DNA from: a virus | Taxonomy: Duplodnaviria > Caudoviricetes | Virus record (IMG/VR): IMGVR_UViG_3300027542_000004 | Location: 1-64,000 of that record | Reading direction: 5' to 3' (one strand) | Length of the DNA: 64,000 nt | Part shown: piece after piece, positions 9,870 to 20,388 of the stretch | Layout of the letters: each line of letters opens with the position of its first letter | Position numbering within the stretch: position 1 is the first letter of the stretch | The notes under the pieces: model-generated | The model's input: the letters and a program-made list of their open reading frames with translations, nothing else | The model's database searches: none | What the model was told of the DNA's origin: nothing | Translations under genes and position numbers: made by a program

Positions 9870-11759
9870 ATGAAATCTTATAGCGACTTTGGTATAGACA
9901 TCCCATCTGGACGCAATAGCGGCAAGATAAAAATGATATGCCCTAAATGCCATGAGCAACGGAAGAATAAGCGAGATAAAAGTTTATCCGTTGACTTGGA
10001 TAAGGGCGTATGGCACTGCCATTATTGTAGCTGGAGCGGAACTATTCACGTTGGTGAAAGGTCGCATGATGCTCCGAAGAAAGAATACCGCAGACCAACA
10101 CCACGCCCCATCACCACACTTTCACGCAAATTAGTTGATTGGTTCAATAGTCGTGGTATTTCGGAAAGCACCCTCAAGAAAATGAAAATAAATGAGGGTG
10201 AACATTTCATGCCTCAGAAAGGTAAGAAGATGAATACCGTACAATTCAACTATTATCTGAATGGCGAACTTATCAACGTTAAGTATCGCACAGGGCAAAA
10301 GGATTTTATGCTTGAAAGCGGTGCGGAACTGATACCTTACAATCTTGATGCCATCACCGGTGAAAGCGAGTGCATTATCACTGAGGGCGAGATGGATTGC
10401 CTTTCATTCGTGGAAATCGGAAAGGCAAATTGCATAAGCGTACCCAATGGAGCGAATAGTAATCTATCATATCTTGATGACTTCATTGATGGATGGTTTG
10501 AAGATAAGGAAACAATCTATATAGCCTCAGATACCGATACTAAAGGACTGCAACTTCGCGATGAACTTATTCGTAGATTTGGTGCAGAACGATGCCGAGT
10601 GATAACTTATGGCGATGATTGTAAGGATGCCAACGAACATCTACAAAAATACGGTAAGGAAAGTCTTGAGAAGTGTCTTCGTGATGCAAAGGAAGTAAAG
10701 GTAGATGGAGTATTCTCGCTGAATGATTACGAGGAGGAACTTGACTCAATCTATAAAAATGGTCTGAAAAAGGGTTTTCTTGTAGGTCATCCCAATCTTG
10801 ATGCTTTAATCAGCTTTGAAACCAAGCGACTCGCTATCGTGACCGGCATACCGGGTAGCGGTAAATCGGAATTTATCGACGAGATGTGTGTGCGTCTGAA
10901 TATTCTTTACGATTTCAAGGTCGGTTTCTTCTCACCGGAGAATATGCCGATGGAATATCATGCCGTCAAATTGATTGAAAAGTTATGTGGAAAGAAACTG
11001 CAAGCCTATTCTAACAGTGATGAGAATATCACTCTAGACCAGTACTCAAATGCCAAGTCTTATTATCGGGATAACTTCTTTCATGTTATGCCGGAAGACG
11101 GATATACAATAGACAACATTCTGGCAAAGGCTAAATATCTTGTAAGACGCAGGGGCATAAGAATCTTCGTTCTTGACCCATTCAACCGAATAGAGCATGA
11201 GCAATCCAGCCGCGAATCGGAAACCCAATACATATCACGGGTTCTTGACCGGATGTCATCTTTCGCAATCCAGAACGACATTCTTTTTGTGTTGATGGCA
11301 CACCCCACAAAAGTGCGCAAGGATAACGGAAACGGTGGAATCCCTACTATGTATGACATCAATGGTTCGGCTAACTTTTTCAACAAGGCTGATTATGGTA
11401 TCATTGTGCATCGCGAGCGTGATGAAAGTAAGAACTACACGCTTGTAAGGGTGGAAAAGGTAAAGTTCAGACATCTCGGTCAGCCGGGTGATGCTACTTT
11501 CAAGTTCAACGTCATCAATGGTAGATATATACCGTGGAAGCAAAGCGATGGTATAGTCGTGAATTTCAAAGCTGATATGGTAGATATGATAAAGCAGAAG
11601 CAGAATGATGAAATCACCATACCTCAGACTCAGATAGAATTGCCGTGGAATAATCTGCCAAGTTCGCCACCATTAACACCTTTCTCCCAGACAACATATA
11701 ATCCTGACCCGGATTTCCCATTTGGGCCGACTGACCCAGATGAACCATTACCATTCTAA
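9870..11759 (+). CDS. Primase-helicase (T7 gp4/Twinkle-like)
   Basis: Zn finger CPKC..CHYC, TOPRIM EGEMD/DTD, KDANE, Walker A GIPGSGKS. Confidence 0.92.
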   Translation: MKSYSDFGIDIPSGRNSGKIKMICPKCHEQRKNKRDKSLSVDLDKGVWHCHYCSWSGTIHVGERSHDAPKKEYRRPTPRPITTLSRKLVDWFNSRGISESTLKKMKINEGEHFMPQKGKKMNTVQFNYYLNGELINVKYRTGQKDFMLESGAELIPYNLDAITGESECIITEGEMDCLSFVEIGKANCISVPNGANSNLSYLDDFIDGWFEDKETIYIASDTDTKGLQLRDELIRRFGAERCRVITYGDDCKDANEHLQKYGKESLEKCLRDAKEVKVDGVFSLNDYEEELDSIYKNGLKKGFLVGHPNLDALISFETKRLAIVTGIPGSGKSEFIDEMCVRLNILYDFKVGFFSPENMPMEYHAVKLIEKLCGKKLQAYSNSDENITLDQYSNAKSYYRDNFFHVMPEDGYTIDNILAKAKYLVRRRGIRIFVLDPFNRIEHEQSSRESETQYISRVLDRMSSFAIQNDILFVLMAHPTKVRKDNGNGGIPTMYDINGSANFFNKADYGIIVHRERDESKNYTLVRVEKVKFRHLGQPGDATFKFNVINGRYIPWKQSDGIVVNFKADMVDMIKQKQNDEITIPQTQIELPWNNLPSSPPLTPFSQTTYNPDPDFPFGPTDPDEPLPF

Positions 11760-11770
11760 ATCAAAAACAA

Positions 11771-12607
11771 ATGAAAGATATAGAACTTTTTAATGACCAT
11801 TTTCAGAACTTCAAGGGTTATGGCATACCCAAAGCGCAGTTAATCATTGCAGATGTGCCATACAATCTTGGAAACAACGCATACGCCTCTAATCCGAAAT
11901 GGTATAAGGATGGGGATAACAAGAATGGTGAAAGTGAATTAGCTGGTAAGCAATTCTTTGATACCGATAAGGATTTTCGCCCGGCTGAGTTCATGCACTT
12001 TTGTTCGCAAATGCTTGTAAAAGAGCCAAAGGAAACCGGGAAAGCACCTTGCATGATTATCTTTTGTGCGTTCAATCAGCAGATGTATTTCATTGAATTA
12101 GGGGAACGCTACGGTTTCAAGAATTATATACCATTGGTTTTTCGTAAGAACTATTCGCCACAAGTACTCAAGGCAAATATGAAGATTGTCGGTAATTGTG
12201 AGTATGGCATTTTGCTTTATCGTGATAAACTCCCCAAATTCAACAATGATGGGCGAATGGTTTTCAACTGCATGGATTGTCCGCGTGATACGAAGACACC
12301 AAAAATTCATCCTACGCAGAAATCAGTGCCGTTGCTTGAGCAACTTATCCGTATCTTCACAGACCCCGGCGATGTTGTCATTGACCCGTGCGCCGGCAGT
12401 GGAACTACATTGCTCGCAGCCCGAATGTGTGGACGTAGGGCTTACGGATTTGAAATAAAGAAGAATTTTCATGCGGATGCAATCAATCTTCTGAACACCT
12501 ATAACCCTCCTTTGTCGATGTTTGATGTTGCCGACTTGGACGCGAAAAGGGCAAAAGGAAAACAACATAAACAATCAACACTCTTTCAGGATGAACCCCA
12601 AAAGTAA
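11771..12607 (+). CDS. N4/N6 DNA methyltransferase (beta class)
   Basis: DVPY, HPTQK, DPCAGSGTT. Confidence 0.9.
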   Translation: MKDIELFNDHFQNFKGYGIPKAQLIIADVPYNLGNNAYASNPKWYKDGDNKNGESELAGKQFFDTDKDFRPAEFMHFCSQMLVKEPKETGKAPCMIIFCAFNQQMYFIELGERYGFKNYIPLVFRKNYSPQVLKANMKIVGNCEYGILLYRDKLPKFNNDGRMVFNCMDCPRDTKTPKIHPTQKSVPLLEQLIRIFTDPGDVVIDPCAGSGTTLLAARMCGRRAYGFEIKKNFHADAINLLNTYNPPLSMFDVADLDAKRAKGKQHKQSTLFQDEPQK

Positions 12608-13286
12608 CATCATTCTTGGCGATAGCTTTGAATTACTGAAATCGATGGCAGACAAAAGCGTTGACCTTGCCCTATGTGATTGCCCTTACGGAATCGACAT
12701 TTGCTCAAGTGGCAGATTGATTAAGGAAAAAGGCCGACAATATAAGGCTTGGGATAAACAAGCCCCATCAACGGAATTTTTTCAAGAGCTTTTAAGAGTC
12801 AGCAAGAACGCCATCATTTTCGGTGCAAACCATTTCATTGAACGTATCCCCATCAATTCAAAATGCTGGATTGTGTGGGATAAGGAACAGCCGGAAGCAC
12901 TGTCTTTCGCTATGTGTGAACTTGCGTTGACAACCTTTGACCGCTCCGCAAAGATATTCAGATATAGCGCAGCACGTCAGAACGTAAAGGAAACTCGCAT
13001 ACATCCGACCCAAAAGCCGGTAGCATTATATGGCTGGATATTCAGAAACTTTGCAAACCCCGGTGATTTAATACTTGACACCCATTTAGGCAGTGGAAGC
13101 AGTCGTATCGCTGCCTATCAGATGGGATTGGATTTCATCGGTTGTGAAATTGACCCTGAATATTTTTCAGCGCAAGAAGATAGATTCAAGCAGGAATGTA
13201 TGGGCGTAACCCGTAGGGGAGATAAGATATTCACCCAATATAACCTTTTCAACGAAGACCAAAATGGAGAAGATAACAGTATTTGA
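12591..13286 (+). CDS. Second N4/N6 DNA methyltransferase (beta class)
   Basis: DCPY, HPTQKP, DTHLGSGS. Confidence 0.9.
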   Translation: MNPKSNIILGDSFELLKSMADKSVDLALCDCPYGIDICSSGRLIKEKGRQYKAWDKQAPSTEFFQELLRVSKNAIIFGANHFIERIPINSKCWIVWDKEQPEALSFAMCELALTTFDRSAKIFRYSAARQNVKETRIHPTQKPVALYGWIFRNFANPGDLILDTHLGSGSSRIAAYQMGLDFIGCEIDPEYFSAQEDRFKQECMGVTRRGDKIFTQYNLFNEDQNGEDNSI

Positions 13287-14397
13287 AGCCTTTGCCGGAT
13301 ATGGCAGTCAGTCTATGGCATTGGAAAAACTCAAACAAGACATAGGACTGGATTATGAAGTCGTAGGCATCAGCGAGATAGACCCAACCGCCATCAAAGC
13401 CTATTATGCAGCGCGTGACCCTGAACTTACCTCGCGTTGTGATACGGTTTTTGACTTGGAAAATGTAATCCGGGGGGGGTATCAACCACCGAAAGAACTT
13501 GTAGAAAAGTATCCCAACTATGGGGATATTACACTTATAAACTGGGAGGAAGTCCCGGATTTCAATCTTTTTACCTATTCATTTCCCTGCACCGACATCA
13601 GCAATGCCGGGTTGCAGAAAGGACTTGCCGAGGGGTCTGGAACCCGTTCATCACTTCTATGGGAGTGCGCAAGGGCAATAGAATTGAAACGCCCCAAATA
13701 TCTCTTGATGGAAAACGTCAAGGCACTCGTCAGCGACAAATTTATGCCCGATTTCAAGAAATGGGCAAAATACTTGGAAAACCTCGGTTATTCAAATCAC
13801 TATCAGGTACTGAACGCAAAAGATTATGGTGTGCCGCAGAACCGCGAGCGCGTCTTTATGGTCAGTATCTTAGGCGAAGCCATATACTATTTCCCCAAAC
13901 CATTCAAGTTAGACCGCCGCCTCAAGCACGTATTGGAAACAGACGTGGATGAGAGCTACTATCTGTCTGATGAAAAGATTCAGGCAATAATCGACCATTG
14001 CGAGCGCAAGCAAGCAGAGGGTTGTGGCTTCAAGACGAACTTCCAAACCGGGGGTATTGCGGAACAATCACAGGCAATTATGGGCAACGAGAAACTGACA
14101 CTTACATCAGAGAATGAAGATGGGATTATCGTTGTGGGTAAAATGAACAATTCACAGGACGGAAAAATCGTGGATGCAGATGGCATAGCACCGACACATA
14201 CAAGCGGACACGGAAACTGCCCTAAAGTATTAGTAAATACCCCACCCAAAACAATTTGTCTGAACTCAAAGGATGAAACAGGAAAACAACCGAGTATCCA
14301 TGACCGGGTATATGACAGTAATGGAATAGCAACCGCACTGACTACCGGGTGGCATCCTTGTGTTACCGAATACCCAAACAATCAAGATAATGATTAA
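13264..14397 (+). CDS. C5 cytosine methyltransferase, N-terminal part (motifs I-VIII plus TRD modules)
   Basis: FAGYG, FPC, ENV, Q.RER motifs. Confidence 0.9.
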   Translation: MEKITVFEAFAGYGSQSMALEKLKQDIGLDYEVVGISEIDPTAIKAYYAARDPELTSRCDTVFDLENVIRGGYQPPKELVEKYPNYGDITLINWEEVPDFNLFTYSFPCTDISNAGLQKGLAEGSGTRSSLLWECARAIELKRPKYLLMENVKALVSDKFMPDFKKWAKYLENLGYSNHYQVLNAKDYGVPQNRERVFMVSILGEAIYYFPKPFKLDRRLKHVLETDVDESYYLSDEKIQAIIDHCERKQAEGCGFKTNFQTGGIAEQSQAIMGNEKLTLTSENEDGIIVVGKMNNSQDGKIVDADGIAPTHTSGHGNCPKVLVNTPPKTICLNSKDETGKQPSIHDRVYDSNGIATALTTGWHPCVTEYPNNQDND

Positions 14398-14427
14398 AAA
14401 TCGCCATTTACCCCCCCCGAAATAGTC

Positions 14428-15732
14428 TTGATAGGTAATATAATGCCGTCAGGACATCGTGCCGGAAACGTATTTGACCCTAATGGAATATCTCCAACCA
14501 TTATGGATAATCATGGCTACCCGGCTTTCGTGATAGAAAAAATTAAAAATGAAGATATGAATCAGCTCATTCAAGTTGCACAGATTTATGACAAGGAAAA
14601 GAATCCCACCAATGGCAGGGTTTATGACCCTTGTGGTATATCGCCAACACTGACAACTCCGACTGGAGGTAATTCGATGCCGCTGATAATGACAATGGAA
14701 GAAAACGTAATGAACTCACGCCTGAAAGAAATGCTTGAAGATGGTCAAATCCCATTTATGGATGGTCTTTGGATTGATACCTACAACAAGGGTGTTAATC
14801 CAAACGTAGCCGGAACACTCAGAACGACCATTGATAGCGCAAATATGCACTATGTTATGGAACAGATACCTTTCAACACAGCCGACAACGGATTAGCCTA
14901 TACAATCACTACTCGTTATGGCGCGATGTGCGCGAGCAATCTGATTGATGGAAATTTCCCTATGACCGGCATCTTAACAATCGACAATCCAACAGAAGAA
15001 ATGAAACGACAAATTGAAGACGGAATCCTTAACTTTGACAAAGGTATGCCGAAACAGTCAACTGCTAAGTCTTGTGCAATGCGAAGACGTGGCACTGAGG
15101 GTGCTTATCGTCAAGAAGTGGAAATTGGCGATGATGTAGCCAACGCCCTCACCACCGTTCAGAAAGACTCTATGATTCTTGAGGGCGAAGACCCATCAAT
15201 CATCAGCCTTATGTCTTGGAATAGACCCGGCGGCGACGTAGGCGACGTTTCGCCGGCAATTACCACAAGCGCATGGGAACAGAACAACTTCGTAAAACTC
15301 CCGGACGGTGACAGCCCTATGGTTATGGCCGACCCACGGAAGAATTACGGCAGATTACAGCCATCGGCTGAATCCTCGCCCACGCTTCTCAGCACTGACT
15401 ACAAATCGCCCCATCTTGTAGTGGAAAGAGGCGACGGTGAACTTGATATGTCTGACCCAGAAACGCGCATCATCAAGCGAGCCGCAGACCATGTGGCGCA
15501 GGAGTACGGAACGCAGACGCGCTTTCGCATACGCAAGCTGACCCCACGCGAGTGCTACCGCCTTATGGACGTGCCGGAAGAATATATCGACCGCCTGTTA
15601 GCGTCTGGCATATCCAAATCCCAACACTACAAACTGGCGGGAAATTCTATCGTGGTATCATGTCTTTATCACATCTTCAAGAATTTATTTACCAATGAAA
15701 TCCCAGTTAATCAACAGCTATCCCTTTTCTGA
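14428..15732 (+). CDS. C5 methyltransferase, C-terminal part (TRD modules plus motifs IX-X); start uncertain
   Basis: RKLTPRECYRLM, LAGNSIVV; repeated G..PTL.T modules; same frame as 13264 ORF. Confidence 0.85.
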   Translation: MIGNIMPSGHRAGNVFDPNGISPTIMDNHGYPAFVIEKIKNEDMNQLIQVAQIYDKEKNPTNGRVYDPCGISPTLTTPTGGNSMPLIMTMEENVMNSRLKEMLEDGQIPFMDGLWIDTYNKGVNPNVAGTLRTTIDSANMHYVMEQIPFNTADNGLAYTITTRYGAMCASNLIDGNFPMTGILTIDNPTEEMKRQIEDGILNFDKGMPKQSTAKSCAMRRRGTEGAYRQEVEIGDDVANALTTVQKDSMILEGEDPSIISLMSWNRPGGDVGDVSPAITTSAWEQNNFVKLPDGDSPMVMADPRKNYGRLQPSAESSPTLLSTDYKSPHLVVERGDGELDMSDPETRIIKRAADHVAQEYGTQTRFRIRKLTPRECYRLMDVPEEYIDRLLASGISKSQHYKLAGNSIVVSCLYHIFKNLFTNEIPVNQQLSLF

Positions 15733-15733
15733 T

Positions 15734-16471
15734 ATGCTTGACGGCATAAAGCTCCCAGAATCGGTCATTGCCGAAATGGAAAAGCGAGGGATAAGTGCAA
15801 ACCCCATACCCATAAAGCCGATGATTGACACCGGCATCCACTTCAAGAAGCGCGAACCAATGCGCGAGCGTGAGTTATCTACGGAAGAATTTCTGAATCT
15901 TTTTGAACGTCAGGAATCCTTGAGAATGGCATACATCCCTCATTTCATAACCCAATGCGTAGTCTATTATCTGGACTTGCTTGTAGCGTATGCAAGGGAT
16001 AACCGACTTTCTGATTACAAGAAGCAGACACGTAGGCTAAGGGAAATAAAAGAAGAATATCTCACGGCACTCAAACATGAAATGCCGACTCATGTTTTTC
16101 AGAAGTTTCTTGACCAGCGCGATGAATACCTTGCAAGTTGTGGAGCTAATCTGAATTTGATGTATTTCACGTTCGGAAACCAGATTCTCAAGTATCACGG
16201 GCGCATTGAACACGAAAGTATCTTCTGCTATGCCAATATCATAGTCGCTTTCATAGACTATGTAGAAGACTTTGACCGACAGGTTAACAAGCGAATTGCT
16301 GAAAAACTTGGGATGCCTTGTCGGAATCATGGGGATGCAAGACTGACAGCTATCAAAAGTGTTTGTATGGCTATCAAGAATCAGTATCCCATAAAACCTA
16401 ACGAGCAGACTAACCTCTGTGTAAACGTGATGGCAAATAAAGCCAGCGCAATGATAAATGATATGTTATAA
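15734..16471 (+). CDS. Hypothetical protein
   Basis: Long ORF in operon. Confidence 0.7.
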   Translation: MLDGIKLPESVIAEMEKRGISANPIPIKPMIDTGIHFKKREPMRERELSTEEFLNLFERQESLRMAYIPHFITQCVVYYLDLLVAYARDNRLSDYKKQTRRLREIKEEYLTALKHEMPTHVFQKFLDQRDEYLASCGANLNLMYFTFGNQILKYHGRIEHESIFCYANIIVAFIDYVEDFDRQVNKRIAEKLGMPCRNHGDARLTAIKSVCMAIKNQYPIKPNEQTNLCVNVMANKASAMINDML

Positions 16472-16491
16472 ACAACCCCATCATCAACAAT

Positions 16492-17235
16492 ATGGAAAAA
16501 ACCATTATTGACATCATCGACAAGAAAGCCCAACGTCAATACCGTGGTATGACGGAAACAAAGCGTAAGGCTTACCTGGCAATGCTCTACGCAGGTACCC
16601 AGATAACCCAGAATGGGTGTTCAGTAAGGGATATTGCTCCTGAAATTGGATATTCTGAAAGCGGAACATCCAAACTTGTGCAGAAGTGGATAGAGCTTAT
16701 GGAGAAAGGTGACATTACAGTAAATCTGATTATCACTGCTATTCATAAGTTACCGAGGAATAAGCGATTTCAACTTAAATCTGTGGAAAAAGTGGAAGAT
16801 GCCCCCAAAAAGCCAATCGTGGCCGTCAAGGAAGAGCCGCAGATAGTTGAAAAGGTCATCGTCAAACCATCTAAGCCACGAGTTAAGAAAGTCCTCGGTT
16901 TTCTTATCACTCCAGAAGATGAAATGCGTGAAAGAGCTGCAATCAGAGCATCCATACTTTACTTTCAGAATTACGGAAAAGGCAGAGAACCACGTCTGAA
17001 TGGTGAATACTATACACCCGGCACCAATCCAGATGATGCGCCAAAAGATGATAGTAAATGGTTGCCCCTTGATACAGCCGCCCTTTACTGTGGTTGTAAA
17101 GAGGAAGTTATCAATAGAGCCGGTCAGAATGGCATCATTGCAAGGCGTGTATATAGAAGCACCTCCAATCGTAAATACTACGAATATAAGATAGATGATT
17201 TAGACCAGTTTATACGTGACAATCATCTTCTTTAA
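16492..17235 (+). CDS. Hypothetical protein with possible HTH domains
   Basis: SVRDIAPEIGYSESGTSK and C-terminal AALYCGC...INRA. Confidence 0.6.
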   Translation: MEKTIIDIIDKKAQRQYRGMTETKRKAYLAMLYAGTQITQNGCSVRDIAPEIGYSESGTSKLVQKWIELMEKGDITVNLIITAIHKLPRNKRFQLKSVEKVEDAPKKPIVAVKEEPQIVEKVIVKPSKPRVKKVLGFLITPEDEMRERAAIRASILYFQNYGKGREPRLNGEYYTPGTNPDDAPKDDSKWLPLDTAALYCGCKEEVINRAGQNGIIARRVYRSTSNRKYYEYKIDDLDQFIRDNHLL

Positions 17236-17309
17236 GCCGTGAATAAAAGTGTCAGGTCAAAAGATCTTAAAGAGTGAATAAGAGTTAAAAGTTTTATTCG
17301 CTCGGCACT

Positions 17310-17350
17310 TTTATTTGCATAATTAAACTAATTGGTTTAACTTTGTGTTA
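17310..17350 (+). promoter_or_regulatory. Bacteroidetes sigma-A-type promoter
   Basis: TTTG ... TAACTTTG. Confidence 0.6.
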
Positions 17351-17383
17351 TAAAATATAGTAAATAATTTAATCAAATAATAT

Positions 17384-17881
17384 ATGAAGCAAGAGAAACC
17401 GCCTCAAGATGGTGTTGAGAAATGGGCTGAATGGCTTGATGCGCAGCCTAAGAAAACACGCCTGAATAATGAGCAAATGGATATTTTCATTGCTATGACA
17501 ATGAAAGAAAATGATGTTGAAACGGATTCAGACGCATTGAAGCTTGTTGCCCCAAAACAACAAAACTATGCTTCTATGTTCTTCAACAGAGTAAAAGCCT
17601 GTCACACCTATACAGTCAGCGTGGCAGTTGCAATCTTTATGTCAACGCTTATCAAGCGACCCGGTGAAGCCGTAATCTATTCTAACTTTCTTCAATATAA
17701 AGCCTTTAAGATGGGCAAAAAGAGGATGACGATGCGTGAAATAGCGTTGATATGGGCTTGGGGATTTTTCTCTCAGGAAACCTTGCAACTGGCATGGGAT
17801 AGACAGAAGTATGCCGGATGTTATGCTTCAAATATGCTTGACTCTTACGAAGCACAGAAATCCATTGAAATCGCAGATTGA
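17384..17881 (+). CDS. Hypothetical protein
   Basis: ORF after promoter. Confidence 0.65.
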   Translation: MKQEKPPQDGVEKWAEWLDAQPKKTRLNNEQMDIFIAMTMKENDVETDSDALKLVAPKQQNYASMFFNRVKACHTYTVSVAVAIFMSTLIKRPGEAVIYSNFLQYKAFKMGKKRMTMREIALIWAWGFFSQETLQLAWDRQKYAGCYASNMLDSYEAQKSIEIAD

Positions 17882-17883
17882 CT

Positions 17884-18159
17884 ATGGCAAATAAAAAGCA
17901 TAAAAGGAGAAAGAAAGGTCTATATCAGACCAATAAGGAAGCAAAGGTGCATGAAATAATAGAATGTCCTGTCTGCCATACCAAGTTTGAAAAGATTCAA
18001 TGGATGCAGGCGTTTTGTTGCAGCCAATGCAAAGACAAGTTTCACAATATGCGATGCAAAGACCGGCACCGCTATTATGAACCAGAGGATGATAACCCAT
18101 ACGATAGTTTTTCAGATGAAGCTATGGATTTGGGAATTGCTGACTTTAATGATGATTAA
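17884..18159 (+). CDS. Zinc-finger protein
   Basis: CPVC...Q.FC...CK.K.HN. Confidence 0.65.
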   Translation: MANKKHKRRKKGLYQTNKEAKVHEIIECPVCHTKFEKIQWMQAFCCSQCKDKFHNMRCKDRHRYYEPEDDNPYDSFSDEAMDLGIADFNDD

Positions 18160-18160
18160 A

Positions 18161-18592
18161 ATGGATAAGAATCTATCATCACAAATGGCTTTGTCGATTG
18201 AGCAAATGCTGGAACTCCAAACGGTCGGTGTTGACATATCGGATACTCGTTTGGCGTGGTGTCCTTTATATAGTCAGGCACATCCAACTACACTTATTGG
18301 ATATTACCTGATGGATAAAGATATTGCGGAATCCGACATCTGCGCAACCATCTGGCCTACTTATACGCTTGAGGATATAATGCTGAAAATGCCGCTCGCA
18401 GAAGTCAGGTATAATGAACTTATGCCGAAAGATAGGAACTGGGTTGCATCGGTATGTATGAAAGACCAACATTTTTTTAATAAGAGCCATGCAGATAAGA
18501 CTCCTTTAGGGGCTGCGTTTTTGGCTTTGAAATGGATGGCAATAGCATATCCAGAAAAAATCATCATACTGCAAAACGACACCAACAAATGA
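18161..18592 (+). CDS. Hypothetical protein (paralog of 52120-52617)
   Basis: IEQM..LQ..G and P.YT..DIM.K.P motifs. Confidence 0.65.
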   Translation: MDKNLSSQMALSIEQMLELQTVGVDISDTRLAWCPLYSQAHPTTLIGYYLMDKDIAESDICATIWPTYTLEDIMLKMPLAEVRYNELMPKDRNWVASVCMKDQHFFNKSHADKTPLGAAFLALKWMAIAYPEKIIILQNDTNK

Positions 18593-19566
18593 AGTATTTT
18601 AGGATTGTTAAGGAGTCTCCCACTATCTACCGGATAGACCAAAGACATTCGCTTCTATTTGGTCTAATCAAATTTTGGGATAATGGTGCATCAGACCTTT
18701 GCCCTAACATCAGATTTGAACGTGGCGTTGATGCTTTACACTATATAATACGAACCTACCCGGATAGTCGTATCACCCTTAAATATACTCATATATATGG
18801 CTTCTGAAACAACATCCCCGATAATCGACCCCGTGACTCTGAGCGAGGAACAACGAGATACAATTTCAGCAATGTATTCTACTGAAAAACAACTTGAGTT
18901 TTCAGGTGAAACTGAAAATGAGAAGACAGTTGGACGAAGTATTTGTATGACACTTGATGGCTTTTCGGCTATAATTATTTTAACAAAGAAGAATAACAAT
19001 GGATGTTCAGATACCGGTTATCTATCCCTCAACTCTTACAGAGGAGCAGAGGAAGATAATCAAAGCAATGTTTCATCATTATGAAAAGAGAATAATACAT
19101 TCTTCAGATGATATGAATGGTTTTATAGCCGAGGGTCATGTAGATGCCTTTCTATGGCTTTTTGGTGAGGATTTTTTTGAAAAAGGAGAATAATATGGAA
19201 AATGGTATTCTTTTCAATCGAAAAGACCGCGTAAGGCTCAAGAAATACCGCGATATTATTTGTGACGGTCAGCTTACGGATATTGGGCCGGAAGATATTG
19301 GCGAGGTAGTCGCTGATTGTTGGGGTGGATATGTAAAAGTTGATAATCCCCAATACGACCGATATAGCAATGTTGTGGCATACGAGAATGGTATCCCATC
19401 AAGAATCAGGTGTAAAAGATGTGGTGGTGAAGGATATTTCGTAGGAAACGTGAAAGAAGCTATTGATATGCTCAAAGCGTCTATCGCAAATCGTAAAGGC
19501 TTATCAGTAAAAGAATCAAAGCAATTACTAAGGATATTAAATAATTACAATAATGGAACTCAATGA
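18589..19566 (+). CDS. Run of small hypothetical ORFs (18589-18807, 18797-19084 uncertain, 18999-19193, 19194-19566)
   Basis: Tightly packed plus-strand ORFs. Confidence 0.5.
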
Positions 19567-19879
19567 TTATCAGAAAGCAGCCCTTTCAACTGCAATATAT
19601 CCGAATGATGGTAATATCAGTTATCTCGCACTTGCTATATGCGGTGAAGCCGGTGAACTTGCTGATAAGGTCAAAAAGGTTTTACGTGATAAAGACAGCA
19701 ATTTTACGGAAACCGATAAACGCGCATTGGCATTGGAACTTGGTGATGTGATGTGGTATGCTGCAAATCTCGCCTATGTTCTTGGCTATGACCTGTCCGA
19801 AATAGCACAGATGAATAGAGAAAAGGTAGCAGAGCGCATTGAACGTGGAACACTTCATGGAGATGGAGATTATCGATAA
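19553..19879 (+). CDS. MazG-like NTP pyrophosphohydrolase
   Basis: GEAGE...KK..RD, ELGDVMWY, G.GD.R. Confidence 0.9.
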   Translation: MELNDYQKAALSTAIYPNDGNISYLALAICGEAGELADKVKKVLRDKDSNFTETDKRALALELGDVMWYAANLAYVLGYDLSEIAQMNREKVAERIERGTLHGDGDYR

Positions 19880-19884
19880 TACTT

Positions 19885-20388
19885 ATGGCAGCAGATACAC
19901 CTTTTTCTATCACGCAGATAGAACTTGCTCTTGCGCAATACTTCAACTATCGCACAAATTTGATAGTACCGAAAGTATCATGGGGTCTTCTCAATCACGA
20001 AGCTGACCTATTGATTATGAACAGGACTGGTTATTTGACGGAAATTGAAATTAAAAGAAGTTGGGCTGATTTTCTTGCGGATTTTCGCAAAAGTCATACT
20101 CATGATGATTCAAAGGTGTCATGGTTTTATTATGCCGTGCCTGAATCTATCGTTGAAAGGTGTAAGGCAAAGTTGATGGAAATAGACCCCAATAAACGAT
20201 GGGGATTGATAAGTTACTTTACCGATAGAATGGGTGAATGTTGGCCGAATATCGTTTGGTATCCATCAAACTCTACAAAACACAATCCATCAAAGAAACT
20301 ATCACTTGAGGAACAATACCAACTTGCGCGACTCGGTGCTATGCGCACATGGCCGCTGAAAAATAAAATAATAAGCAATGGAAAATAA
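19885..20388 (+). CDS. PD-(D/E)xK nuclease-fold protein (MmcB-like)
   Basis: EADLL...EIEIK.S.ADF..D. Confidence 0.7.
   Translation: MAADTPFSITQIELALAQYFNYRTNLIVPKVSWGLLNHEADLLIMNRTGYLTEIEIKRSWADFLADFRKSHTHDDSKVSWFYYAVPESIVERCKAKLMEIDPNKRWGLISYFTDRMGECWPNIVWYPSNSTKHNPSKKLSLEEQYQLARLGAMRTWPLKNKIISNGK

Noticed and set aside
17282-17289. GAGTTAAA motif in an intergenic region
   Set aside because: Opens only a 12-codon frame inside an AT-rich promoter; likely chance. It shows the 8-mer alone is not sufficient. My motif search was by eye and not exhaustive.
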